Assembly: GCF_009834535.1 (NCBI RefSeq)
Contig: NC_045706.1
Location: 16,678,001-16,742,000, forward strand
DNA: 64,000 nucleotides
Direction: 5' to 3'
DNA from: Camelus ferus
Lineage: Eukaryota
In this document: one piece after another, positions 12,335 through 25,800 of the stretch
Layout: each line of letters begins with the position of its first letter
Position numbering within the stretch: the stretch's first letter is position 1
The notes under the pieces: model-generated
What the model was told of the DNA's origin: nothing
Database searches by the model: none
What the model saw: the letters and a program-made list of their open reading frames with translations, nothing else
Position numbers and translations under genes: made by a program

Positions 12335-12545
12335 TTGAGTACTCACTGTGTTTCAGACACTGTGCCAGGCGCCTTACATGTATTATCCCGTCCTCCCAGA
12401 AACCCAGGAGGTAAGAGTTAGCATATCATGCCCATTTTCCAGATGGGGAAACCAAAGCGAAGAAGTTAACCAACTTGTGCAAAGTCACATAGATGGTAAG
12501 CAGTGGGGGATTCGAACTCAGATATGCTTGGCTTCAGAACTGGCT
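12335..12545. mobile_element. MIR (with L2-like start)
   Basis: cccattttccagatggggaaacc...gtcacatag...ggattcgaactcag. Confidence 0.65.
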
Positions 12546-13757
12546 CTCTTGCCTTTGTGACTCCTATGGGCCGATAGCCTGGAGCCTCCAGGATTTTTTT
12601 TTTTTTTAAACTTCTTGACCTTGGACAAACGTGGGGAGGGAGCAGCGAAGCGTGGACTTCAGTTTGCGCCAAGACTCTTCCCCTCCTGTCCTCCCGCCAT
12701 CACTGGGGCCAGCCCGGTCTTCATTTTCCCAGGCAGCAACGGGCTCCCCTTGTTGTAGCCACATTCTGCACCTGAAACTAATAGCTGAGTTTTTTAGTAC
12801 AAGCTTTCATGCCAGGTACGTTGCTTTACGATTCTCTCCCCTCGCCTATTATGTTAGATGGTTACTTACGTAAAATTGTAAGGATGTATATAGTTATGCT
12901 GAGAATAACAGTTACCGCAGTAAACCCATATGGGGATAGTAAAGAAATCAGGATCTGCCTTCCAGGGAACAGTGTTGACCTGGATATGACCTTTCAAGAT
13001 TTTAAAGGACTAATTTAAGGCCGAGTGAGAAATAGCCAAAAGAGAAAATAACTTGAGAATTATGTTAGAAGATTCTTATATTTTAGGTTAATAGCTATTT
13101 TCTTTAGTGAACATTTTTTCTTAGGGTAGGAAGAGGCTTATTGAAAAGATATGAAAACTTATAAATCAGATATTTCTGAACAGCGCACTTTTGTTTTAGA
13201 ACTTCGTGAATGTATTAAAAGTGCAAATATCATTTCATTTAAGGCAGCACAAGAAAATTAAGAGCTTAACTCAGTTTAAGTGGGGAAGTTTAGAGGTGCC
13301 GTCATTGCCTTTACCCATGTTACATTGCATAGTATATATGACCCAAAATTCCCAGCACATTTTTCAAAATTATCTGCTTGTGTGCATACATGTAACTTAT
13401 ATTTAATAAATGTGTGTCTTCATCCTCCTAAGAACTATGCAATTATTCGGACAGGTGAAATAATTCTTTGTCATGTATCTGAAATAAGCTGTTATTTACT
13501 CTTGCAAATTCGTAGCTGTTTGGTTCAGGAAACATAAAGAAACAAATGTTTATTTATTTATTTTAAATCAAGATAGCTTGAATTCATATATACACACCAA
13601 AGTTTGTTTTCACACTTTGACTAAACATGGTGGACATCCTCTTGTAGTTCATTTGACATCCTATTATGGGGCAAAATAACATAGAAATTAGAATTTTGAG
13701 TTCTAGTACTTACTCTCTGGATCCCTCATTAACATAAATGGAATTTATTTTTTATAG

Positions 13758-13888
13758 CGCATGATCTGGGAGGTACACTTTGTGACATGGATGAATCTGC
13801 ACTGACCCTTGGCACGATAGATGTTTCTTATTTGCCAAGTTCCTCTGAATACAGTATTGGTCGATGCAAGCATGTAAATGAGGAATGG
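13758..13888 (+). CDS. GPAM: GPAM exon 2 (29 nt UTR; CDS 13787-13888, MDESALT...EEW)
   Basis: Acceptor tttatag|; strong Kozak gacATGg; donor TGG|gtaagt; 102 coding nt. Confidence 0.97.
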
Positions 13889-16800
13889 GTAAGTTTGAGA
13901 TATGAGTTAAAAGCCTTCAGCCTAAAGATGTTCGTGTCAATGTTGTTTATGAAGGTGGAAACACTGGAAGCAATAAATTCAAATAGAGGTTAAAATAGCT
14001 ACAGAAGCTGCCTCCAGGTATTAGAAGGTATGTTTATTCGGCCTAATATTTAAAAATTCTGATGGTGTTACACTATTGGAAAGATTGTGGGTAGGAAACT
14101 TGTACAGATTATGTTAAAAAGCAAAACGCTTTTGCATAGAAAAAAAACTCTATTAGTTGTTTTGGCTGATGTTATTATAAAGAGATTTCTTTCTTTCCAT
14201 AATTACATTTAACAAGTGTGAATTTTGTAATGCAAATCAACTTTACTTCAGAAATTAAAAATGGGAAATTTTAGTATGAATCCCAATCCAAAGGCCATGC
14301 ATTTTTTTGTGGTTTTGTTTTCCATATGCAATATAACATGGCGTGTTTTAAATATTTCTTGAAAATTATCTGCTTTAGATAAAAATTGATGTTGAGGTTT
14401 TGGGTAGTTTTTTATGTTTCTTTTTCGTTTTTGAGAATGTTACATCAGTGAGATTGGAGTAACTGATGAACTCAAAGTTAAGAGAAAATTGTTTAGAACA
14501 GAAGAACAGAGTTTGACACTAATTGGATAATACGGCTGTAATTTTAGTTCCGGCTTTTAAACTCTCTTGTTAGGATAAAGGAATGTTATATAAGTTTACC
14601 TTGTTTTTCATTTAAAGTAAAATATTTTCAGCTGCATCGTAACAACTTGCTTACTCTGTAAGGCCTTTGTAGGTCTTTTGTGGGAGTGTGTGATTTAAGA
14701 GGGAGTGAGATGAAATTATTAGTGTAGGGATCCAGGAGTCTGATTTTATTTATCTTGCTACTGTCAGAAGGCTGCCTGGCCTTTTACAACTTAGTTTTTA
14801 AACTTTGGTATGCTGCTTTGAGTGTTGCCAGCTATTACTATTCTTAGGTGCTCAACTTCTGCTTATTGTTCCAAGCTTTGTTCCAAGTGTTGTCGTGGAG
14901 GGAGTACCTTGAATGAAAATCACTCAGAAATACATGCAGACAAGAGGAAAATATGTCATAAGTTTCTCTCTTATCTGAAATAGCTTCATTTTAGAGATCA
15001 GGTAGACAAGTGTAATTCTCTTGCCATTCAGACACTATTTTTCTGTATTTATTAGGGTGAGTGTGGTTTCAGACCGACTGTCTTCAGATCTGCAACCTTA
15101 AAGTGGAAAGAAAGCCTGATGAGCCGGAAAAGGCCATTTGTGGGAAGATGTTGTTACTCCTGTACTCCCCAGAGCTGGGTAAGAATGTTGCCTCTAACAC
15201 CTTTGTTGGCCTTTAATAAACAGTGAAATACATGATACAGCTTTCCAACTTTGTGTGAATTTTATTGTTGTGTAGTCTCAATGGACTTCATTCATTTGTG
15301 GAACTTAGTCCCATATTTATAAATCAAATATTCCAAGTAAAGATGTTGACTCGATTTTCTTTCCACTCATTTGTTCACCAAATATTGGTCTAATAGTTGA
15401 TGCCAGCAATTTGTTTTTGTTTTTTAAATTTTAGTATGATTTTCCGGGGAGAGTAGATCTTACTTTCAGATAACTCTTCCAAAGAGTTGGTGGAAACCTT
15501 CATGTAACTTCTAGATGTTGAACTTTAGCACTCAACATTAAAATCCTAGCGAGATGAGTCAGAGGGGGAGCAAGAGCAGGACGGAATAAGAAATTAAAGC
15601 TGTGGCTTTGCCCTGCTCTCCCTCTTGCTAAGTGTCCATTGTGGGGATAGGGCATGGGGTGGAGGGGTAATCTCAGTGATGGTGAAGGATGGCCACTAAA
15701 ATGTTAGGAGGAACATTTGAGAAAGAGTGTGTATGGGTTTGTTGTTTGTATTTTGGCGAAAAAACTCAAGCCATGTAGAATATTCCACATTGTAGTGTAG
15801 TATTTGAGAAGAGTCGACTGGATAAAAGGTGTGTTTCTGATGGCATTTTGCCAGAGGGATGAGTTAGCACAGGAATGTAGAATCCACTGTGGCTGTGCTC
15901 TCAGACAGTAGAGTTATCTTTTAAAAGGTATACCTGGATGCTAACCTCTCTCTGGGATGAGCCAGTTAGCAGGACGTAGAAATTCTAACATTTAAGTGCC
16001 ATGTATTAACCCTGCCATTTATAAAGTTTCCTTATAACTTTTGTGGAGAGCTAACTGTGCCGTGTGAATTTTCTACTTGGAGTTAGGGGGCAGGAAGTAG
16101 AATTCTGAGTTTGATATAAAGGATTTACAAACCTGGGAGAGATTTGTGTGCTACCCAAGGAGTTTATGTTAAATATTCATGTCTGCTCAAGAATGTCCTG
16201 ATATAAATATCGTTTCTCTTAAATCACAAGTGCCTTGTTGCAGAAATTTGGTAGAGGTGAAGGATCATGGAAATTTCTAGTCTAGGAGTAAGGCCAGTTC
16301 AGATTAATAGGCCAGTAGAAATAAAGATTTAAATAGAAGATCATGTGGCTTTTCTTTTTAGATCTGGCATCTCATCTAATTCTAATTTTGAATGCTTAAG
16401 AGACCAGAACAATACCTTAACTCTAAGGAGAGGGTATAGGAAATAATTTGGTGGTGGTGATGGTTTGGTTTGGGGATAGGTGAATATTATAACAGGTAGT
16501 ATAACAGATAATTGTTTTTTGCCTAAATGTGGTACCTGATGGAGCTGAATTTGGTCTTAAAATCTTCCATGTTTATTTAAAATAAACATATTTTATTGAA
16601 AATAAAACTATAGAATTTTTTTGACATTTGCTACCTTTCCTCTGAAACCCTATTTTCCTTTTCTCTAAAGTGATGTCATTTAAGTATTTTTACATCTTTT
16701 GTTGAGGGTACAATGTGCTTTCTCAGCATTTACTTGTGGCAAGTTTACATTTTTGCCCATGTTGTTAAAGTTATGAACTTTCTCTTTTTAGCAGAGCTAT

Positions 16801-19800
16801 TTCTTAATTATCATTCAAAATTACCTGTAAAGAGGGTGACCGTTAGCCGTGTTTTCTCATTAAGTCGACAGTCATTTTAGGGGAATAGAAAGACCACACT
16901 CTTTGAAGCAAGGTCTAGGATTGAATCCTAAACTTCTGCCAGCCTCAGTTTTCCTATCTATGAAATGGGGATCATATTTCTTATGTGTCAGAATTATTGG
17001 GAAATACAGTAATCTAACAATAACTGTGTGGTACTCAGCATACTATTTTTCTATTTTAGAAACACTGAAACCTCCAGTATTCCTGTCAGTGACTTAAGCT
17101 GTCTGTGACTTTAATTATTTTCTGTTGGGGGGTGGAGAGGTGGGCAGGAAAGAGGGAGGCAGTACTCACTTTACACAGTGCTGAGGATTAGTTTCGGGTT
17201 TGTGACTGTCTTTGAAGACTAAAAAGTACTTTTCAGTAAAACATTTTTTTCTTCATCTCCTAGATTTTTGAAGCAATGCCTAACTTTATGCTTGAATTAT
17301 AGAAGTCCTCAAGAACTGGTAATGAGTCCTTCACCAGTAATATAGTTATATATTTATATCTATGTTTACTTTGTTTTATGTAGGATAAATTTTTCAACTC
17401 CAGTATCCCGTCTTTGGGTTTGCGGAATGTTATTTATATCAATGAAACTCACACAAGGTAAAAAAAATTTTTTACACTTCTAATGCGTCTCAAAAGAAAA
17501 ACTCTATAATAACCAATTAACACACTTCAAGATGAATCTCTTTATGTTTTTCAGAGTTAATAGAATATTAACTTCTGACATAAGAGGCTTTATCTAAAAA
17601 TTGGAATCTGAGACACCTGTTACTATATCACTGCTGTAATTATGTACTAAATATTTTCATGAGAGTGTGGATATCACTTACAGCTTTCTCTAACTTATTC
17701 ATATATTGATGTTGCATCTGAAATGTGCCAAAGTGTGATAAAGATTTGTCTGAGAAGAGGTGTAGGTTTGAATGTCTTATGATCTATTATTATTTAATAC
17801 TTTAAAGTATGACTCTTTGAAATATGACTCTTTGAAATCTGCCTAATCTATAGAGTTTTAGAAGATTTTTTTCCTCTACTGAGCAAATGTTCTTTCACTT
17901 ATGATTAGCTTAAGACTTTTCTTAGAATTCTTACTTCCAAATTCCAGACATATGGGGATGGGCTTTTGGGCATCATGAGAGAAAAGAGGCTTTGTTCTAT
18001 GTGAATCTAGGTTAGAGGATAAGGAAGGAGGGTGAAAGTCTGCGAGGCAGGAGAGAAAAGGCAGCCAACCATGCTCCTAGTCCTCATAATTCTAAGAGTA
18101 AATGCCTGGAGCAGGTAAGTAGTAGGCTCAGGTGATAAGAAATACGTGAAATTCTGTGAAAAACTGATCGAAGAGGTCAGATACTAAATTTTAAGTCTTT
18201 TTGATGTTACTGCTTGTATTTTGATCATGAGATTATAAATGAGTATGACAATACTTGTATGTATGTGTTAAAATTTTTTTTAATAGAACTAAAGTCAAGG
18301 CACATGTTTTTCCAGTTCCCATGCTACACCCTGTGTCTCTTGCTCTCTTAAGTTTGAAGGCCAGAAGAGAAATTTTTTTCTCCTTTGGTTAATATGATTA
18401 AGATGCTAAGGAAAAGGATTCCATTGAGTAAGTAGTTATTTTACAGACAAACCAAGAAGTTCATGTGTTGTCCTCTGTTGGAGGCAGTTAAGGAAAAAAA
18501 AGCTTATGAAATGTACATATACTAACACACACTCTTTTTTTTTTAGCATGTGTTATACTGACTAGGCAGTATGCAACTATTCAGTGTAATGAGCCACTGT
18601 GCAGTTGAGTTGGTTATTTAGCTCTTTTATGTGTTGATGAAGCAAGAACTAAACATTTTTACACACACACACACACACACATGCTGTTCTCAGTCAGTTG
18701 CAAAGGGATTTCATCAAGAGTTTGGATTTTGTACATTCCAGTAATAATTTTGAAAATGTTCACTGATGCAAGAGTTTAGAATTAAACACTTAACATACTG
18801 GGCCAAGTTTTCAGAGAAATGAGACAAAGGAAAGGAGGAAGAAAAAGAATGTCAGGAAGGAGAGAAGAAGAAACCTGTGATTCATAAACAGTTCTTCAAA
18901 TTACTTTTCCTCAATCAAAGGCTTTTTGGGCCTTTTCAGAATTAATTTAGGATCAAAATTTTCCACTTTCTATATGACTGTCATTATGGAGAAAATGATA
19001 ATGAGGCATTATATAATCATTACAGGTGGTTTCAAATCATTTGCATAATGAAATTTGTAGCATTCTTATTCTGAGATCCCTGTTCTTAACCTTCATCCAA
19101 ATGACACATAGTTGCTGTCTGTCTCTGGTGGGAACATGTCCTATCCCTTAGATATATTGACTGTGTTAAAAACAATAACAATGACAACAACAACAACAAC
19201 AACAACAAACCAGTAGGAACTTCTGGCTTCATAAGCCCAGAGTACAAATATTCAGACCACTGTCCATTTATCCTCAACTTCTCTCAACTGGTCAGCCTTG
19301 CCAATTTGAGATGTCAGCGAACACCTTAGAAAAACTACTGTAACAACAAGAACTAATTAGCCCTTCACAGTAGGAAGAGACTTCCAAATAATTTTTCATA
19401 GTCCATAGCTGTGTTCCTTATGTATAGCACTCAACATACTTTTTTTTTATGGTATTAATAAAACGGTTTTATTTCTTTCATTTTTATATTTGGATAATTA
19501 ATTTGCAAAGTAACACTATTCAAGCATTAATGCACAAATTATAAGTTTCAATTTTACCTGAGAGTACATGAAAGAAATGAGAAATAAAATTGTCTGCAAA
19601 GCATCTGGAACTACTTGCTAAGGCGAGTTTGCTGTAGGAGAACCTGAATCTCCAGAATAGATGAAGTAAGGGTTTGTTCATACAGGAGGGATACCACTGT
19701 ATATTTAAGCAACTTGTTTTAGGTATTCCTAGAGTCCTTCTCTGCTAAGTCATTTTCACATTGCAGGCACCGAGGATGGCTTGCAAGACGTCTTTCTTAC

Positions 19801-22800
19801 GTGCTTTTCATTCAAGAGCGAGATGTCCATAGAGGCATGTTTGCCACCAATGTGACTGAAAATGTACTGAACAGCAGTAGGTAAGAGCAGGGATGCTGTT
19901 GTGAAGGGGACAGGCCGGGATGGGCGGCAAGAGTGGGAGTGGAGAAGTAATTTCCTTGATTAACCTTTAGTTTCCCTGGGACTCTGTCTCAAGAGGTGTC
20001 TGTGTTTCCAAATGTTAGATGTGAAGCCCCAGGAGAAACCAAGGAAAGGCAAGAGAACAGACAGTTTTGATGAGCAGTGCCTTGTGGGAATAGCAGTCTT
20101 TTCTATGCATTAATAATTGAATGGGCTTCTAATATATGAAAGGCAAGTTGGAGTTCAGAGATGCATATGTTTCTAGAGTTCTCTGTTAAGTTTTCTGTAG
20201 TAGGAATATTTGGGGGTGTTTCCTATTTTATAGCCAGAAGAGAGGCAAGTTTGATATTTCTGTCAAACAATTATTAAGCACCTAGGCACAAATTCTTGTA
20301 TTAGAAAGTCATTATTAGAAATTTTAGGAGAATAAGACATTATCCTTGCCCTCAGAGGATCTTGCTTACAAATGAGAGAGGCTGACCTGAATTCAGATGG
20401 AGTGGGGAGATAAATTATGATGAAGTTAAGCCTTTAGACTGTGGCAGTTTGGGTGAAGGTCAGTCTCTCTTCCACCTCATTGTTGTGGCCTGTGTTAGGC
20501 ATCTTCCTGATTAGGGATGGGGATTTGGTGAGCTGGAGACTAGAGTGGATTGAAAGAGGCTTAGAAATGCAGGCCCAATGGTGTGGTTGTTAAGGACTGA
20601 ATGGTAGTGGCACATAGTAGGTACTCAATAAATAGTTACTGAATGAACGAGTGAATAGTTGGTAATGTAGATATAATAATTACATGAATCACTTGTGAAA
20701 ACATTCCTGGCTGTATTGAAATAAATGCTACTCAAGGAATAGGCTTAGGGATGGTGTGTCAAGTGTCCTGTGGAATTAGTGTTTTTGTATTAATGAATGA
20801 TGGGGCTCTGGAGTTTTGCTGTACACTAGTCTAAAATCAGCAACAGTGGGAGAAAACACAATTATTTGGAACTCCCTTGGTTTATTGTATATTCTGTTTT
20901 CTAGATAAAACCCCTGAAGTATGTTTCATTCCATTCAGATATTTTGACTAGTAACTAGGATGTTAGAAGCGATTAAAGGAGGTTTAAACCTCATGCATTC
21001 TTCCCTAAGTCATGTGGAATATTTATAAGACTGGATTAAATCTTCCCTTTTACCTCACTGCTTACTGGTCTGTGCTATTTAAATCTTGAGCTGGGCCTTT
21101 TTAAAATTACTGGTTTGATTTGGAAACCACTTATAAATTTTTATGTCCTTCTTTGATCTCTCCTCGTAGAGAGTTTTACAAATAGTTCCACTAATAGAGC
21201 CACAATGTGAATGAATAATAAGTTTGGTCTTCAGAAGAAAAATCACACATTTCTTTGGCAGTGGGCTTTGGATACCTCTGAATTAATATGCCTAAAGGGA
21301 TTGATACTCTTCCTTTTTTTCCCTTCTGCCAGAGTGTAACTGTATCCCTTACAGCATAACTGGAACATTCAAATTCACTAGTTGTTGCCCAGTGAATTTG
21401 AATTAAATTCTCAAGTCTGTCTTCTAGCTTCCTCAGAGAGTAACTAATTCAGGAATATAATATCCTTAGTATTTAATAGACAGCCAGAGAAAGCACTTCT
21501 AAATTGAGCTTATTCTCTTGTGTTATCACATTTAAAAGAGAAAGTATATTTATTTTGTGATTTATACCTGTGGTTTAGAAACTAATACAGAATGTAGCAT
21601 AGAACCAGTTACATTGTCTTTCTTTCCATTTGCAAATCAGAGTACAAGAGGCTATTGGAGAAGTGGCTGCTGAATTAAACCCTGATGGGTCCGCTCAGCA
21701 GCAATCAAAAGCCGTCAACAAAGTGAGAAAGAGAGCCAGAAAGATCCTGCAGGAAATGGTTGCCACCATCTCACCCTCAATGATCAGGTATTAAAAGACA
21801 ACGCAAAAAACTTTCAACAAGAGCCATCCTGTTGTGACAGTCAGGACTGAACCATTGGACTTCCCTTTCCCAGAGCAATGCTTTTGGTCCAAAAGAGGTT
21901 TTAACATATTCTGATGTTAAAACTAACTCCTTTTTATATTCTTATTTAACTTTCCTGGAAGTAGCACTTGGGAGGCTTCAGGGTGCCTTAAATGCTCTGT
22001 TAACTGTTAGCAGTCATTGTATTACTGCTGACATCTCTCTAGACTAGTTGTGAGATTTCACTTGCTCATGCCTTTTTTTTTTTTCTTTCAGTTTTATTGA
22101 GATATAATTGACATACAGCACTGCATCAGTTTAAGGTGTGTAGGCTTAAGGTGTATAGCATGTGGTTTGACTTACAGACATCATGAAATGATGACCACAG
22201 TAAGCTTAGTGAACATTCATCATCTCATGTAGATACAAAATTAAAGATACAGAATTAAATTTTTTTTCCCTTGTGATGAGAACTCTTAGAAGTTACACTC
22301 TTAACAATTTTCATATATAACATACAGCAGTGTTAATTATATTTATCATGTAGTACATTATATCCCTAGTACTTACTAATCTCATAACTGGCAGTTTATA
22401 TCTTTTGACTGCCTTCATCCAGTCCCCCCTCCGCGCATCCCCCACCTCTGGTAACTACAAATCTGATCTCTTTTTCTGAGTTTGTTTTTGAAGTGTAATT
22501 GACCTACAACACTATGTTAGTTCCTGGTACACGTATTAGTGATACGATATTTCTGTACATTTCAAAATGATCACCAATATAAGTTTAGTTACGTTCTATC
22601 AAGGTACAAAGATATTACATAATTATTGACTATATTCCCCACACTGTAAAGTTCATACTTGTGACTCATTTATTTAACAACTGGAAGTTTGTACCTCTTA
22701 ATCTTCCTCACCTATTTCTTACCTCTCCACCCACCTCTCCTTTAGCAACTATGTTTGTTTTCTGTATCTGTAACTCTGTTTCTGTTATGTTTGTTCTTTT

Positions 22801-25800
22801 GTTTTGAATTTTAGATTCCACATATAAGTGAAATCATGTAATATTTGTCTTTCTATGTCTGACTTTTTCACTTAGCATAATACCCTCTAGGTCCATCCAT
22901 GTTGTCACAAATGGCAAAATTTTGATTTTTTTTAATGGCTGAGTAATACTCAATTGTGTGTTTGTGGGTATATGTGTATACATACTACATCTGTATCCAT
23001 TTATCCATTGATGAACATTAGGTTGCTTCTATATCTTGGCAATTGGAAATAATGCTGTTATGAACATTGGGGTAAGTGTGTCTTTTCAAATTAGTATTTT
23101 TGGGTTTTNNNNNNNNNNNNNNNNNNNNNNNNNNNNNNNNNNNNNNNNNNNNNNNNNNNNNNNNNNNNNNNNNNNNNNNNNNNNNNNNNNNNNNNNNNNN
23201 NNNNNNNNNNNNNNNNNNNNNNNNNNNNNNNNNNNNNNNNNNNNNNNNCTACATTCTCCCCAACACTTGTTATTTGTTGTCTTTTTGATAGTAGCCATTC
23301 TGACAGGTGGGGGATGATATCTCATTGTGGTTTTGATTTTCATTCCCTTGATGATTTGTGATGTTGAGCACGTTTTCATGTACCTGTTGGCCATCAGTAA
23401 GTCTTCTTTGGAAAAAGAGATCTATTCAGATCCTCTGCCCTTTTAAAAATTGGATTGTTTGGTTTTTTGATGTTGAGTATTTGAATTTTTTGTGTTAACT
23501 CCTTATCAGATAAACCCTTGGCAAATATCTTCTCCCATTCAGTAGGTGACCTTTTCATTTTGTTGATAGTTTCTTTACTCTGAAAGTGTGATTTTTTTTT
23601 TATTTGATGTAGTCCCATTTGTTTGTTTTTGCTTTTGTTTCCCTTGCCTGAAGAGACAGGTCTAAAAAAATAATACTAAGACTCATATCAGATTGTGTAC
23701 TGCCTATGTTTTCTTCTAGAATTTTTATGGTTTCAGATCTTAAAGTCTTTAACTCATTTTGAATTTATTTTTGTGCATGGTGTGAGAGAGTAGACCAGTT
23801 TGATTTTTTTGCATATAGCTGTGTAGTTTTCCCAGCACCATTTATCGAAGAGACGTTTTCTTTCCCATTGTATATTCTTGCCTCCATTGTCATAGATTAA
23901 TTGCCCGTATAAGTGTGGGTTCATTTCTGGATTTTCAGTTCTGTCCCATTGATCTGTGTGTCTGTTTTTGTGCCAGTATATGCTGTCTTGATGATTGTAG
24001 CTTTGTAGGATAGTTTGAAATCATGGAGTGTAATACTGCACCTTTGTTCTTCTTAAGACTGTTTTGACTATTNNNNNNNNNNNNNNNNNNNNNNNNNNNN
24101 NNNNNNNNNNNNNNNNNNNNNNNNNNNNNNNNNNNNNNNNNNNNNNNNNNNNNNNNNNNNNNNNNNNNNNNNNNNNNNNNNNNNNNNNNNNNNNNNNNNN
24201 NNNNNNNNNNNNNNNNNNNNNNNNNNNGTATGTCTTTTTGTCTGCTTGTATCATCTTCAGTTTCTTTTCTGAGTGTCTTATAATTTTCCGAGGACAAGTG
24301 TTTTACGTGCATAGCTAGATTTACTCCTAGGTATTTTATTCTTTCTGATGCATTTGTAAATAGGATTTTTTGCTTAATTTCCCTTCTCATAGTTCATTTT
24401 TAGTGTATAGAAAGGCAACTGACTTCTGTTTATTAATTTTGTATCCTACAACTTTACCAAATTTATTGATGAGTTCTCGTAGTTTTTTTGGTGGCGTCTT
24501 TAGGATTTTCTAACTATAGTACCATGTCATCTGCAAACAGTGACATTTGCACTTCTCCCTTTCCACTTTGAATTTCTTTTCCTTGTCTGACTGCTGTGAC
24601 TATGACTTTCAATACTCTGTTGAACAAAAGTGGTGAGAGAGGGCATCCTTGTCATGTTCCTGATCTTAGATAAAATACTTTTGGCTTTTCACCACTGAGT
24701 ATTCTGTTAGCTGTGGTTTTGGCATATATGACCTTTCTTGTGTTTGTATTCCCTCTATATTCACTTTATTGAGAGTTTTTATCATAAATGGATGTTGAAT
24801 TTTGTCAAGAGCTTTTTCTGCACCTATTGAGATGATCAAATGATTTTTATTCTTCTGTTTGTTAATGTGATGTATCACATTGCTTGATTTGCAGATGTTG
24901 AACCATCCTTGCATCCTGGTATAAATTTCACTTGATTATGGTGTATGATACTTTTAGTGTATAGTTAAATTCAATTTGCTAATATTTTGTTGAGGATTTT
25001 TGCATCTGTGTTCAGCAGTGATATTGGCCTTTGATTTTTTTTGTGTGTGTGATGTCTTTGGTTTTGGTATCAGGGTGATGCTGACTTTGTAGAATGAACA
25101 GAATGCAGAAGCATTCCTTCCTCTGCAACTTTTTGGAATGGTTTGAGAAAAATACGTGTTAACTCTTCTGTGAATGTTTGGTAGACTTCACCTGGGAAGC
25201 CATCTGATCCTGGACTTTTGTTTGTTGGGAGGTTTTTTTTTTTTTAATTACTGATTCAATTTTATTACTGCTAATAAGTCTGTTCATATCTTCTATTTAT
25301 TTTTGATNNNNNNNNNNNNNNNNNNNNNNNNNNNNNNNNNNNNNNNNNNNNNNNNNNNNNNNNNNNNNNNNNNNNNNNNNNNNNNNNNNNNNNNNNNNNN
25401 NNNNNNNNNNNNNNNNNNNNNNNNNNNNNNNNNNNNNNNNNNNNTCATTTCTAAATTTGCTTATTTGGGCCCTCTCTTTTTCTTGATGAGTCTGCACATG
25501 CCCATGTCTTAAAGGGAGTGGTTTGTATGCCGTGGAGGGATTAGTCTGCTTAGGTAAATATTTACTTGGTCATTTGCTTCTGAAGTATAAAACATGCAAT
25601 TAGAGTGAAATACAGGATTTGAGTACGTAATAAATGGATGCTTCTGTAAGTAGTATATATGTAAAGTCAGGTTTTTAAGTCCGCAGTTCAGATGTACACA
25701 TGTACACACATGAGCTCATACGTGAAATCAATTACAGTACTTCTTATGTTGTAGGTTCAAAAGTTTAAGTAGACAAATAGCAACCATGTATGTTTATATA

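Larger units (their letters stand above)
22073..25492 (-). mobile_element. ~3.4 kb 5'-truncated degenerate L1 (RT and C-terminal ORF2 + 3'UTR) in intron 6
   Basis: ORF2 fragments [10 protein letters not shown]...[27 protein letters not shown] and KTTMRYH..VRMA, with frameshifts. Probable TSD TGC(T/A)CATGCC at 22063-22072 and 25493-25502. Confidence 0.9.

Noticed and set aside
17808-17837. 15-bp tandem duplication TATGACTCTTTGAAA
   Set aside because: Ordinary deep-intronic slippage event with no functional context.
23036-25512. ORFs containing X runs
   Set aside because: L1 ORF2 debris or antisense frames kept open artificially by N gaps. The RT motif is degraded (GAEKALD) and frameshifted, so the element is inactive.
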